Positions 37,395-47,250 of a stretch of 58,180 nucleotides of DNA are shown here, piece by piece. The position numbers and the translations under genes are program-made. Under the pieces are notes generated by a model. It saw only the letters and a list, made by a program, of their open reading frames with translations, made no database searches and was not told the DNA's origin. The first letter of the stretch is position 1. Every line of letters begins with the position of its first letter. Origin of the DNA: Promethearchaeota archaeon (GTDB taxonomy: Archaea; Asgardarchaeota; Lokiarchaeia; Sigyniarchaeales; SOKP01); contig RDOA01000019.1 in assembly GCA_011364925.1 (NCBI GenBank), positions 1-58,180 of the forward strand, written 5' to 3'.

Positions 37395-37922
37395 TTACTC
37401 CTCAACCGGTATTTCAACCAAACTAATGACATCATACCCTTCCAATTTTTCACGCCCATGGAGGCTACCAGTGAGTTCTATAATAAATGCGACTCCAGCA
37501 ACTACGCCTCCAGCCTTTTCTATTAGATTACATGCAGCCTTAGCTGTTCCTCCCGTCGCTAGTAAGTCATCAAATATTAATACGTTGTCACCCTTCTTTA
37601 TCGCGTCAGTATGAATTTCTATCTTATCCGTTCCATATTCTAATTCATATTCTTCAGTGATTGTATCTGCAGGTAATTTACCTGGTTTTCGAATCAGTAC
37701 AAAACCCGCTCCTAACTGATAAGCTATAACACCACCCCAAACGTATCCTCTAGCTTCAATAGCAGCAACTTTCTCTATACCTTTCTTTTTATATTTTTTT
37801 ATTATAAGATCACAGGATTCTTTGAATGCTGTTGAATTTTTCGCTAAAGTTGTTATATCCTTAAATTGAATACCAGGTTTTGGCCAATCAGGCACATTCC
37901 TTATTTCTTTCAGTAAATCCAT
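37395..37922 (-). CDS. apt: Adenine phosphoribosyltransferase
   Basis: DWPKPGI.FKDIT, EARG, RKPGKLP, Y.LEYG, PRPP motif DDLLATGGT; upstream AAGGAG Shine-Dalgarno. Confidence 0.95.
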   Translation of the reverse strand: MDLLKEIRNVPDWPKPGIQFKDITTLAKNSTAFKESCDLIIKKYKKKGIEKVAAIEARGYVWGGVIAYQLGAGFVLIRKPGKLPADTITEEYELEYGTDKIEIHTDAIKKGDNVLIFDDLLATGGTAKAACNLIEKAGGVVAGVAFIIELTGSLHGREKLEGYDVISLVEIPVEE

Positions 37923-38139
37923 ATCATTCTCCTTTTATTTTTCTTTTAATATCTACTAATTTATGTATGGTAATTAAAAATTATATTTAATTGAATCGTC
38001 CATACTGTTATTGTCATAAAGATCGTATAATAATTAGAAAAAGATTAAATAATCATTAATTTATAAAAAATATATTAGACGATTTTATTAATTAAAATAA
38101 ATTCGATAATCTCTTTAAATGCTTGAGTAAAAGAACTAC

Positions 38140-38144
38140 GGTGA
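38140..38144 (+). promoter_or_regulatory. Putative Shine-Dalgarno GGTGA 6 nt upstream of ATA at 38151
   Basis: Sequence acGGTGAactaaaATAaaagta. Other genes here also carry SD-like motifs (AAGGAG before rpl35ae and apt, GAGGT before 48511). Confidence 0.5.
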
Positions 38145-38150
38145 ACTAAA

Positions 38151-39104
38151 ATAAAAGTACTCCTCTTTGGACCAGCGGGTGCGGGTAAAACATCGCTAAT
38201 GCGTACTACTTGCTTAGGATATAACTTCATGAAAGTTCTCAACTTAAAACCTACAAAAGGAGTTTCAAGGGAGAATTTTATTTTTAGAGGAATTATGGAA
38301 CTTTCAATATGGGATTTAGGGGGACAACAATTATATATGGATCGTTATTTTTCAGAAAAGCAAAGAGAGCTTGTTTTTTCTGAAGTAATGACTGCCGTTT
38401 TCATGGTTGATTCAGCGGCTGAGGAACCTAAGTTAAAAGATATATTTGATAATTTTATGAAATATATCTTTGAATTCAGCCCTGAAATTGATATGGTGTA
38501 CGTTTTACTGAATAAAATCGACCTTCAGGAGTCAAAAGAAGACGAAGTTTATGAATTTTTAGTAGAAGACATGACAGATGATTTAAAAAGTAGAGTGGCT
38601 TTTACTCCAGTATCAGTTAAGGAAGGAAGTGCCCAACATAGATTAATTGAAATTCTTGATTATAAAATTCAACAGAACACATTAGCTTTACAAAGACTTG
38701 GAAAAATCAGGCATATGCTAGATGAAATGAAGCTCACTACGCTTTCAGAATATTTTTTATTCAACCAACCCGACGGTCTACTTATAGCGTCAACTTTAGG
38801 AAAGTTTGAGCATAAACCTCTCCAATTTATGAAGTTTGAGTTAGGAACACTTGATAGTAATATCTATCAAATATTTACTAAAATTATGAACTTGTCTGAT
38901 TCTGCGATATCTCCTTTAGAATTATCTACAGTAATCTATGAAAGCGATAATAATTATATTTTAGTGCGAGAAGTGAGTAATGGCTCAGTGTTGATGATAG
39001 TAACAAAGAGTAAAAATGAGGAGACCTTTATTACTATCCTGAATTCCTTTAACGGAGAAGAATTTAAGAATTTGAAGAAATTCCTTAATAAAAATGAATT
39101 TTAA
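38151..39104 (+). CDS. RagA/Gtr1-like small GTPase with a C-terminal roadblock domain (proposed ATA start; the track start 38199 omits the P-loop)
   Basis: In-frame KVLLFGPAGAGKTS upstream of the first ATG; LKPT (G2), WDLGGQQLYMDRYF..QRE.VF, NKID (G4); C-terminal YFLFNQPDGLLIAST roadblock pattern. Confidence 0.8.
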   Translation: MKVLLFGPAGAGKTSLMRTTCLGYNFMKVLNLKPTKGVSRENFIFRGIMELSIWDLGGQQLYMDRYFSEKQRELVFSEVMTAVFMVDSAAEEPKLKDIFDNFMKYIFEFSPEIDMVYVLLNKIDLQESKEDEVYEFLVEDMTDDLKSRVAFTPVSVKEGSAQHRLIEILDYKIQQNTLALQRLGKIRHMLDEMKLTTLSEYFLFNQPDGLLIASTLGKFEHKPLQFMKFELGTLDSNIYQIFTKIMNLSDSAISPLELSTVIYESDNNYILVREVSNGSVLMIVTKSKNEETFITILNSFNGEEFKNLKKFLNKNEF

Positions 39105-39188
39105 TTGGTATGATGTAATTTATTCTCTATTTATGTTGTTTAAATTAAAAAATAAGAATTTATTAAATCGCGAAATTAATCTCTTAAA

Positions 39189-40031
39189 TTACGCTTCTTT
39201 ATCATGTAACTTTATTTTTGTTAATATGTGCTGTTTGGCATGATGGGGTCTTCTAATGACAGTATCGTTTGATTTTTCCAATTCCCTCGCTTGGTCACAC
39301 ATTAACGCAGCTGTTCTCATCATTTCATGCGCAGCTGCAAGTAATGGTATATATTCAGATCGTTCTTGAAGTTTAAAGCACGCCGTTCCAGTTACTTTTG
39401 ATACCGAGGCAGCTAACTCAAAAGCAGCAATTGCCTTAGCTTCAGCGTAAGGATTTGAAAATTTAGCAGTTTTTACAGCTTTGGTGGCATCAACAATGAT
39501 TTGGGGTAAATTAGGTGTTTTATTTTCTAACATGTCCATTATTACTTTATTTAATTCAATAGAAATAAGTTGGAGCGCCCCCGATATTGCAAGTACTTTT
39601 AATAAATCAGCGTTAAAACAACTCATTTCAACAGGATCTAAAAAAGGACGTCTAGCACCAATCATACTATCGCAATTAACAAGAATATATCCCATCCCTT
39701 TTTCTTGAATTTCATCAAGCGCTTTTCTTGCAGGAGCGTCAGAAATTACAATCGTTGGAATTCCTGCCTCTTTTGCCATTTCTCTCGCAGCTTTTGGACC
39801 ATCCAATGAAGCATTTGGGCTACTCATCAAAATAAGATCTGGTTGCCATCTTAATAAGTCTTCCATTGTCTTAGTACACATTTCTGGGGGGTGCATTTTA
39901 GCTCCAGAGGTCACTTCGTAAACGTTTATTCTTGTTGCTTCAGCTCTCTCGTCCATAAGAAAAGCAAGTAATAAAGATGAACCAATTGTTCCATTCTTTG
40001 ACACTCCTATTTTAAGAACTTTTTCACTCAT
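39189..40031 (-). CDS. mtd: F420-dependent methylenetetrahydromethanopterin dehydrogenase
   Basis: DERA, SGAKM.P, SPN...GP..ARE, D.MIGARR.FLDPVEM..FNAD, AAHEMMR.AA...ARELEK..D.V.R.PH. Start taken at MSEK; the track start is 40040. Confidence 0.95.
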   Translation of the reverse strand: MSEKVLKIGVSKNGTIGSSLLLAFLMDERAEATRINVYEVTSGAKMHPPEMCTKTMEDLLRWQPDLILMSSPNASLDGPKAAREMAKEAGIPTIVISDAPARKALDEIQEKGMGYILVNCDSMIGARRPFLDPVEMSCFNADLLKVLAISGALQLISIELNKVIMDMLENKTPNLPQIIVDATKAVKTAKFSNPYAEAKAIAAFELAASVSKVTGTACFKLQERSEYIPLLAAAHEMMRTAALMCDQARELEKSNDTVIRRPHHAKQHILTKIKLHDKEA

Positions 40032-40184
40032 TATTAACAACTTAGTTTGTATTATTTGAATAAATATAATTGTAGTTAATATACCTTCTATTTTTCAATA
40101 TTTTTATTTTTTTTTTAAAATTTTATAAAAGATAGATGTCTAATATTTAATACGATATTCAAAAAAATAAAGAGATGGGATTAA

Positions 40185-41096
40185 ATGGAATTAAATGGAG
40201 TAGAAATTGAAGATACTTTTTGTGAAGCGTTTGGAGCAGTTTTTACAAGAATTTTAGTAACTGCGATTGACGAAAAATGGGTCAAAATTGCTAGTCAAGT
40301 CGCAACGGGTTATGGTACTTCTACAATCCATTGTGATTCAGAAGCTGGCGTAGATGTATTCGTTTCTGCGAATGATACTCCTGATAGGCGACCAGGAGCT
40401 ATATTAATGTTTTTTAAAACTAAAAAAGAAAAAATGGATAGTGTATTGTTAAACAGAATTGGGCAATGCATATTAACTTGTCCTACTACAGCTTGTTTTG
40501 ATGCATTAAATTGTTCTCTCGACCCAGAAAAGGATTTTGAAATAAAAACTGGCTATAAACTCAAATTTTTCGGTGATAAATACGAAGAAAAAGTAGATGG
40601 TGTGTATTCTTTTGAAGCGTGGAAAATCCCGGTTATGGATGGTGAATTTGTGGTCCAGAGTAACTTTAAAGTTGGAAAAGGAATTGCTGGGGGCAATTTC
40701 TTGATCTTTGGAGAAACAAAGGAAGCGACCTTAAAGGCAGCTGAAAAAGCGGTAGAAGCGATTAAGGAAGTAGAAAATGTGATCACCCCTTTCCCTGGAG
40801 GAATTGCTAGATCTGGTTCAAAAGTAGGATCCCAATATAGTTTTTTAAATGCATCGACAAACGATCCCCTTTGTCCTACCCTACGTAATAAGATCGAGGA
40901 TTCTTTATTAGGGGAGAGAGATAATTACGTATACGAAATCATCTTAGATGGTGCGACGGAAGACGCCATCAAGAAAGCAATGAAATTAGGAATTCAAGCG
41001 GCTGCTAAAATTTCCGGTGTCAACAAAATTAGTGCTGGTAATTACGGAGGCAAACTTGGAAAATTTCAGTATCGCCTTCACGATGTTTTAAGTTAA
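40185..41096 (+). CDS. ftr: Formylmethanofuran:H4MPT formyltransferase
   Basis: NGVEIEDTF.EAF, TPD.RPG, RIGQCILTCPTTA, GIAGGNF, PFPGGI.RSGSKVGS, AGNYGGKLG. Confidence 0.95.
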   Translation: MELNGVEIEDTFCEAFGAVFTRILVTAIDEKWVKIASQVATGYGTSTIHCDSEAGVDVFVSANDTPDRRPGAILMFFKTKKEKMDSVLLNRIGQCILTCPTTACFDALNCSLDPEKDFEIKTGYKLKFFGDKYEEKVDGVYSFEAWKIPVMDGEFVVQSNFKVGKGIAGGNFLIFGETKEATLKAAEKAVEAIKEVENVITPFPGGIARSGSKVGSQYSFLNASTNDPLCPTLRNKIEDSLLGERDNYVYEIILDGATEDAIKKAMKLGIQAAAKISGVNKISAGNYGGKLGKFQYRLHDVLS

Positions 41097-41139
41097 ATCG
41101 CAACAAATGAAATTTTTTTTTAAAAAAAGTATAAAATTT

Positions 41140-42852
41140 TTATTTTAATTTTCTTTTTATTGTTCTTTGCGGTTCTTTTGAGATCTCTTCTAATTCTTTC
41201 TTTTCAACTTCTTCAGCGGCTTGTTTTGGTTCTTTCTTTTTGATTGAAGAAACCTTTTCCGTTTTTGAGGGTTTCTTTAGTGGTATCTCTTTTGGTTCAG
41301 AAGTTGACCTTTTAAATTTTCTGTATAATAAACCAACACCAGCTAAAAAACCAATTAGAAGTCCAATTGACAAAGCTATCCACGGAAGAACCGGTGTCAG
41401 CACATCAGGGATAATATTAATTTCTTGGGGTGCTAAGCCATAATTCGCATTAAGGCGAGTGGTTGCGCCATCTCTATCTGTTACTGATATATATACGTAC
41501 CACACTCCAGTGATTAACTCTTCCGTTCTAATTATTATTTTCATGCCACTTTGGTATTGTTTTGTTATATTATACCAATTATTATCACTATCTAAAAGAG
41601 AAACGGTAACATAAGCAATTGTATTTTCAACATCAATTACATTAAAGCGAAATACTAAATCTTCTCCGTAATTTACAGATACGCTTTGATTCACATTTAA
41701 TCCATTAACAGAGTACCCTTTGATTTCGGGAGGATTATTTTCGATGAGAATTAGTTTTGTAGCATTATCGTAACCGCCATATTGGTCTACAACTCCGATA
41801 TGCATCTGATAATATCCTAAAGGTTTACCAATACCTATTGAAAAAATTGTAGTAAAAGTCCAATCACCATTATTGGTCAATTGAATCGGGGCACCATTTC
41901 TCCCAATAGAATCTTGAATTACTAAAGAAACATTTAAATTTTCTGGCTTAGTGTAAGGATCAACATCTGTAACATTTAAATTAAGCGTGCAATCTTCTGC
42001 TCTCTTTAACGGATCTACCGAAAATGCTATCGAAGATTCTGCAATCTCTGGTGCAGAATTTAATACTTTAAAAGGATAATATGCAGCAGCAATAGTATTC
42101 CTTGAAGCATCGGAAATATTTATTTTTACATAATAAAAATCATTAGTAAAGTTAAACCTATCATCAATAACAGTAGAGAATTCGTTAATATTATTTCCTA
42201 CATTAAATAAATTGCTTTGAAGAGTTTCGTTATCATCATCAACGATAGTTACATTCCAATTGAAGTCGTAGGGCTGAGGTTCGTCGTTAACTATTAATTC
42301 TGCATAAAGAGTTTCGTTTAAGTGATATTCCGCTTTGTCAAGTGATAATAAATAGTTTGAATTAATTGTAAAATTTGTAATTGGAACAGTAGAACTAAGG
42401 AGCCCATCAGTAACGTTATAAATAAGATAACTAACTTCTTGGAATCCTAATGGATCGTTATATCTCGGAGTATAAGTGTAAGTAAAATTCGTATTCGTGC
42501 CAAGAACATAATCCATGTTAAAATTTTCCACCATATTATTTGAATAGTGAATTTCTATGATAGTATAATTCGGATCGAGAAAGGCTGATGCGTTAATGGT
42601 AAATTTAATTGATTCAAATAATCGATATGCGCTCGTTGAATTCCTAAAAATTGATGAATAACTTATAGGATTTTCATTAGCAGAACTTTTCAATTCCATC
42701 GTATCTGGAGAGTCAGAAAATATCCCCTTTTGTTCAAAATTTAAAATAAAATTATTGTTAATAACAGTTGAACATGCCCACATTGGAAGTAATATGGTCA
42801 TGAAAGCAAAGATAATCAATAATAACCTAATCGTACCAGCTTTTCTATTCAT
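41140..42852 (-). CDS. Type I membrane surface protein with Ig/cadherin-like beta-sandwich repeats and a Lys/Glu-rich cytoplasmic tail
   Basis: N-terminal signal/TM; repeats beginning NSAPEI and NNPPEI with V.D.D/E motifs; many NxS/T sequons; TM WIALSIGLLIGFLAGVGLLY followed by a charged tail. Confidence 0.65.
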   Translation of the reverse strand: MNRKAGTIRLLLIIFAFMTILLPMWACSTVINNNFILNFEQKGIFSDSPDTMELKSSANENPISYSSIFRNSTSAYRLFESIKFTINASAFLDPNYTIIEIHYSNNMVENFNMDYVLGTNTNFTYTYTPRYNDPLGFQEVSYLIYNVTDGLLSSTVPITNFTINSNYLLSLDKAEYHLNETLYAELIVNDEPQPYDFNWNVTIVDDDNETLQSNLFNVGNNINEFSTVIDDRFNFTNDFYYVKINISDASRNTIAAAYYPFKVLNSAPEIAESSIAFSVDPLKRAEDCTLNLNVTDVDPYTKPENLNVSLVIQDSIGRNGAPIQLTNNGDWTFTTIFSIGIGKPLGYYQMHIGVVDQYGGYDNATKLILIENNPPEIKGYSVNGLNVNQSVSVNYGEDLVFRFNVIDVENTIAYVTVSLLDSDNNWYNITKQYQSGMKIIIRTEELITGVWYVYISVTDRDGATTRLNANYGLAPQEINIIPDVLTPVLPWIALSIGLLIGFLAGVGLLYRKFKRSTSEPKEIPLKKPSKTEKVSSIKKKEPKQAAEEVEKKELEEISKEPQRTIKRKLK

Positions 42853-42859
42853 ATTTTAA

Positions 42860-45631
42860 TCATCTTCTTAATAGTTTATGTTTAATCTCTTTATTTTTAT
42901 ATATTAACACGATACCAATTGGAATCAATACAGGGAGTATGTAAAATACAATTAAGTTGAAAGTTGATAATTCCAACTGGATCTCAAAGTAATATCGAAC
43001 TATTGGAACATTTGAACTATCACGTAATTCGAAAGTATAAGATTTCTTTCCAAAATCATAAGGATTTATACTGGGAATTACTTCATAAATAATCCTATTT
43101 ATTCCTGGACCAAGGCCATTAAGATTCGTCGTTACACGGTCGCCGTTTACAAAAAGCGTAAAGGATTCTGATGTCTCTTGGTTGTTCTGTATAATCAAGA
43201 TAAATTGAACCGTACCACCTTGTTCTACGATTTCTGGAAAAGATACACTTAGAATTTCATATTTAGGTATTACATTAACATAGAATTGTTCTGTGTAGAT
43301 ATTCGTTTTTCCTTTTGAAATGACCATTGTCATATTAAGGCGATCCTCATTAGATAACGCATAATTCAATATAAAATTCACATTCTTAACTTCTTTTTCA
43401 GATAGTACTACTTCTTCTTTGTAAATTACAAGATCATCCTGATAGTAGCTAACATTAAAAATTTGAGAACTATTAGGCAAGAAGTTAGTTAAGGTCATAG
43501 AAACAAATCCGGATTCTCCATTTACTATAAAATTATCGTAGAAAAAATAGGAATAATCAAAAGAATGCCCAATAAGAACACTTACATTTATCATCAAATA
43601 GGTTGTACCCCCATCATTAAATTTAAAACTGATATTGTGACTCCCTATTTCAGCATCAAGTATAGTCGTTAGGTTAAAGGTGACATTAGTCAATACATTA
43701 GTGAAAAAGGTTAAATTTTGATAGCCTGGAATAATTTCGGATCCTTCCATTGAAACTGTTAAGTTTACATCTTGAGAACGCGTGTTGTTAACTGGGATAG
43801 TAATGTTTACAATTGGTCCCTGGTATAGGGTTTGAGGTAAGCCTAAAATAGGTGAAGCTACTAATCCTGAAATCACATTGAATCTCTTTAAGGTGTAAGA
43901 TGTTCCAAAGTTAGAACAATTAGCAAAAATTTGAAGGTAATATCCAGTCCCTAAATCTAAGACATCTGTAATGCTATAGACCATCGTTGACGATGTATCT
44001 ATAATTTGTTGGGATATTGTATCAAAAATTAGTTTTTCTGGTGTCTTAAAAATGTAAGTAATAGAAGCATCGTCTATTTTATATTCAATTGTGAAGGGTT
44101 CATATAGTTTAGTGGTAGTATTATAATATTTATCAGTTTTATAATACATATAAACGCTTGTAATGTTAAGAGAATCTTGATTAAAAATGTAATCGGGAAT
44201 TAGAGCAGTTACATTATAAGTAGAATTAAGCCTGGTAGCGTTGTAGATATTGTAAGCATTTAAATAAGCTTCGCACAACCGAAGATTAGCGTACAAATTC
44301 TTATCAGTATTAACAGGATCTATTGACTTTATATAAGAATTAACAGAAAGATCATAAAAAGAACTTTCAAAAGTATCGTATAAATCCCATGCGCGGTTAT
44401 AATAGGTAATGTTTCCTGTAAATTCAAAGAGTTTTAGACACGCTGACATCATAATAGCATTTGCCTCTAAATCTATATAGGTAGCGTTCACAATTGGTAT
44501 TCCAACCCAATTTGACTCTCTGAATTGTTCATAAGCATTAAATCCCGAATCCCATAGGGCATCCAATTTATTAAATAGAAAAGTAGCGTTCTTAAAGTAT
44601 GTAGAATCACTTTGCATTCCGGAATCAATCCAAAAATTTAATAGAGTAATAATTCCTAAAGCGTTTGTTTTTAAATACTTATACGTACTCCCTGGTTCTG
44701 ATGACCAATCGTTTTTTCCGTAATACTCAAAACCGCCATCAGTATTATCCCATAACTCGTTTAAAAGCTTATGTACTGTTGTGTTGGCTATTTCATAAGC
44801 GCTATTTTCAATTATAGTATCGAGATTGAGTTCGCTATAAATTCGATGAATTTCAAGAGCAGCTAATATAGCATACATATTGCTTTCTGCATATTTATCC
44901 GTTGTTGAATTATGATTGTAAAACCCACCATAGGTATCGTCTCGAAATTGAGATGAGTTTATTAATTGAAATGCTTCTTCAATTGAATCTTTAGGGGAAA
45001 TACTATTAATGCTTATACTGTCAATTTCGGTTCCAATGTTTTCAATTAATAGAAATATGGGCATAAGGTTATCAATTAAATATCGGGTATCGTCAAATAT
45101 TTTTCCTGTAGTGTTATCAACTGATCTTACGAAGCCATACTCATTTTGGACAATACTGTTTTGATACCATAAAAGAGAATCTCTTAATTTCAAATAATTA
45201 TCAAATGTGTCATAAGCATTTGTATCATCCTTCAAGAGAGTTTTATATAATAACAGATTATCAATTGAATATACTTTATCATTAGTTACTACTCCAAGAT
45301 TATTGCCCGTTCTATAATATGTATTGATATCAAAATCTAAATCTGATTTGTATTTAAATTTAAAAAAATTCCAAATATTAGTAAAATTAACTTTAAACGG
45401 ATCGACAAAAATCTCTGGACCAGCTGCCGAATTAAGATTGTTCACATTAGAAATATTGTTATCAAGTGAAAAAGGTTCTCTTTTGACATTGTTACTTTGA
45501 AATAATCCGTCGTTATAATATAAGAAACTAAACACAAACAGAAGTAGGAAAAAAATACTTAACAAAATTTTAGTGTTTCTATATCTCATTTTCCCTTTTA
45601 TTCGGAAAGTGAAAAAGTTATTGTAATTCAT
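42860..45631 (-). CDS. Large membrane-anchored surface protein: (alpha/alpha) toroid (GH76/AGE-like) plus Ig-like domains and a C-terminal TM
   Basis: N-terminal hydrophobic segment; helical repeats (KYAESNMYAILAALE, TNALGIITLL, ANAIMMSACLKLFEFTGN..YYNRA, LWD...GG); beta-rich C-terminal half; TM followed by KHKLLRR. Confidence 0.6.
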   Translation of the reverse strand: MNYNNFFTFRIKGKMRYRNTKILLSIFFLLLFVFSFLYYNDGLFQSNNVKREPFSLDNNISNVNNLNSAAGPEIFVDPFKVNFTNIWNFFKFKYKSDLDFDINTYYRTGNNLGVVTNDKVYSIDNLLLYKTLLKDDTNAYDTFDNYLKLRDSLLWYQNSIVQNEYGFVRSVDNTTGKIFDDTRYLIDNLMPIFLLIENIGTEIDSISINSISPKDSIEEAFQLINSSQFRDDTYGGFYNHNSTTDKYAESNMYAILAALEIHRIYSELNLDTIIENSAYEIANTTVHKLLNELWDNTDGGFEYYGKNDWSSEPGSTYKYLKTNALGIITLLNFWIDSGMQSDSTYFKNATFLFNKLDALWDSGFNAYEQFRESNWVGIPIVNATYIDLEANAIMMSACLKLFEFTGNITYYNRAWDLYDTFESSFYDLSVNSYIKSIDPVNTDKNLYANLRLCEAYLNAYNIYNATRLNSTYNVTALIPDYIFNQDSLNITSVYMYYKTDKYYNTTTKLYEPFTIEYKIDDASITYIFKTPEKLIFDTISQQIIDTSSTMVYSITDVLDLGTGYYLQIFANCSNFGTSYTLKRFNVISGLVASPILGLPQTLYQGPIVNITIPVNNTRSQDVNLTVSMEGSEIIPGYQNLTFFTNVLTNVTFNLTTILDAEIGSHNISFKFNDGGTTYLMINVSVLIGHSFDYSYFFYDNFIVNGESGFVSMTLTNFLPNSSQIFNVSYYQDDLVIYKEEVVLSEKEVKNVNFILNYALSNEDRLNMTMVISKGKTNIYTEQFYVNVIPKYEILSVSFPEIVEQGGTVQFILIIQNNQETSESFTLFVNGDRVTTNLNGLGPGINRIIYEVIPSINPYDFGKKSYTFELRDSSNVPIVRYYFEIQLELSTFNLIVFYILPVLIPIGIVLIYKNKEIKHKLLRR

Positions 45632-45756
45632 AATTAATCTGCAAATGATTAAAATTATTTTTTAATATCGATATATTTTTTAGAAAAATGTTCTTCTCTT
45701 TAAAATTTTTTTCTGAAAACCTTGTGGATTCAAGGATATTTTGACTTCAATTTTTG

Positions 45757-47250
45757 TTATTTGTTATCAATAGAATTTAAAATTTCTGAAATTAATACTC
45801 TTTTCTGTTCCATTGTATCTCTGTCTCTAATAGTAACAGAATTATCATCTAAAGAATCATAATCTATTGTAATACAATATGGCGTTCCTAATTCGTCTTG
45901 CCTTCTATATCTCTTACCAATTGACCCTGCAGTGTCAAAAAATGAAGTTATTCTGTGTTGTAACAATAGTTTATGTACATCTTTTGCTAAATTCAGTATA
46001 CTTTTTTTATTCCTTACTAATGGAAATACTGCAACATAATTAGGAGCGAGTATGGGATTTAGGTTTAACACTATTCGTTCATCTATTATATTGAATGTCG
46101 TTTCGAGAAGCGTGTAAATGATTCGATCGGGTCCAAATGCAATTTCGAGAATCTGAGGTACTTCTTTTGAACTAGAATCTGTACCCATTGGAATTTCAAA
46201 ATTTTGTTTTGAATATTCCCCATGCCGTTTCAAATCGTAGTCTGTCCTGTCGTGAATTCCACATATTTCTACCCACCCAAATTGTTCGGTGTTTATTTCT
46301 AAATCCCAAGCATCATCAGCATAATGAGCCATTTCCTGTGGTGAATGTTGTCTTAATCTAATTTTTTCTTCAGGAAATCCTAATTTGGAAGCAAGATGAT
46401 ATCCGAGATAAATGCAGTATGCGAAAGCTTGTTTTTTAAGAATTCCGTTATCTACAGCTTCTTTTAATGATATTTTATTAGGAAACCCAATTTTGCTTTC
46501 TTGAGATTTCCAATCAAGCAATGGTATTATATTTTCATTGATTTCATTATATTCTTCATAATTTAATTCTTGCTCTTTTCCAATAAACAATTGTATTTCA
46601 AATTGATCGAAAGCTCTCATACGAAGAACTAACTGTCGTGGAGAAATTTCATTTCGAAAAGCTTTCCCATATTGAAAAACCTTTATAGGATATTGCCTAC
46701 GAGCATCTTGGTTCAATCGATTAAACAATAAATACGTTGTAGTAGCAGTTTCCGGTCTTAAATATGCAATTACACCACTTCCAACGGATGTTTGGAGCAT
46801 TAAATTGTACTTTTCAACTCTTTCAAAAGAAGTATTACATTTTGGACAACCTAATCCGTGCTTCTTTACCAAATTCTCCATCTCCTCGAAAGATAATCCA
46901 TCTGATAATTCATCAGGTAAGCGATCTTGAAGAAATTTGTCTGCTCTTACCATAGTATCGCACTTTTTACAGCGAAATACTGGATCTATGAATCTTTCTA
47001 GATGGCCTGACGCTTCCCATACTTTTTTGGGCATTATTTCAGGGCATTCTACTTCATAGAACCCATAAGCTCTGAGTTCGCGTCTAAACAGCGATAAAAC
47101 ATTGTTTTTCATTGCCTTACCTGCTGGACCATAGGAATAGAATCCCGCTAAACCACCATAAATCTCTGGAGAAGGCCCCCATATAAAACCACGTCGCCGT
47201 AATAATGAATTAAAAGCGTCAATCTTATCCTCAATCTTCATTTTTATCAA
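45757..47250 (-). CDS. glyS: Glycine--tRNA ligase (archaeal/eukaryotic alpha2 type)
   Basis: RRRGF, EIYGG..G.Y.YGP.G, YLRPETA, GKAFRNEISPRQ...RMR.F, AHYA, GSIGKRYRRQDE.GTP. Confidence 0.95.
   Translation of the reverse strand: MIKMKIEDKIDAFNSLLRRRGFIWGPSPEIYGGLAGFYSYGPAGKAMKNNVLSLFRRELRAYGFYEVECPEIMPKKVWEASGHLERFIDPVFRCKKCDTMVRADKFLQDRLPDELSDGLSFEEMENLVKKHGLGCPKCNTSFERVEKYNLMLQTSVGSGVIAYLRPETATTTYLLFNRLNQDARRQYPIKVFQYGKAFRNEISPRQLVLRMRAFDQFEIQLFIGKEQELNYEEYNEINENIIPLLDWKSQESKIGFPNKISLKEAVDNGILKKQAFAYCIYLGYHLASKLGFPEEKIRLRQHSPQEMAHYADDAWDLEINTEQFGWVEICGIHDRTDYDLKRHGEYSKQNFEIPMGTDSSSKEVPQILEIAFGPDRIIYTLLETTFNIIDERIVLNLNPILAPNYVAVFPLVRNKKSILNLAKDVHKLLLQHRITSFFDTAGSIGKRYRRQDELGTPYCITIDYDSLDDNSVTIRDRDTMEQKRVLISEILNSIDNK

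Noticed and set aside
38124-38144. Selenocysteine readthrough of the in-frame TGA codons upstream of the Rag-like GTPase
   Set aside because: The TGAs are not at Cys-equivalent positions, no in-frame start was found just upstream, and I saw no convincing SECIS-like hairpin after the gene. The SD+ATA or indel explanations are simpler.
41097-41139. T-tract/A-tract between convergent ftr and the surface-protein gene
   Set aside because: Compatible with an ordinary bidirectional oligo-T terminator but indistinguishable from the AT-rich background.
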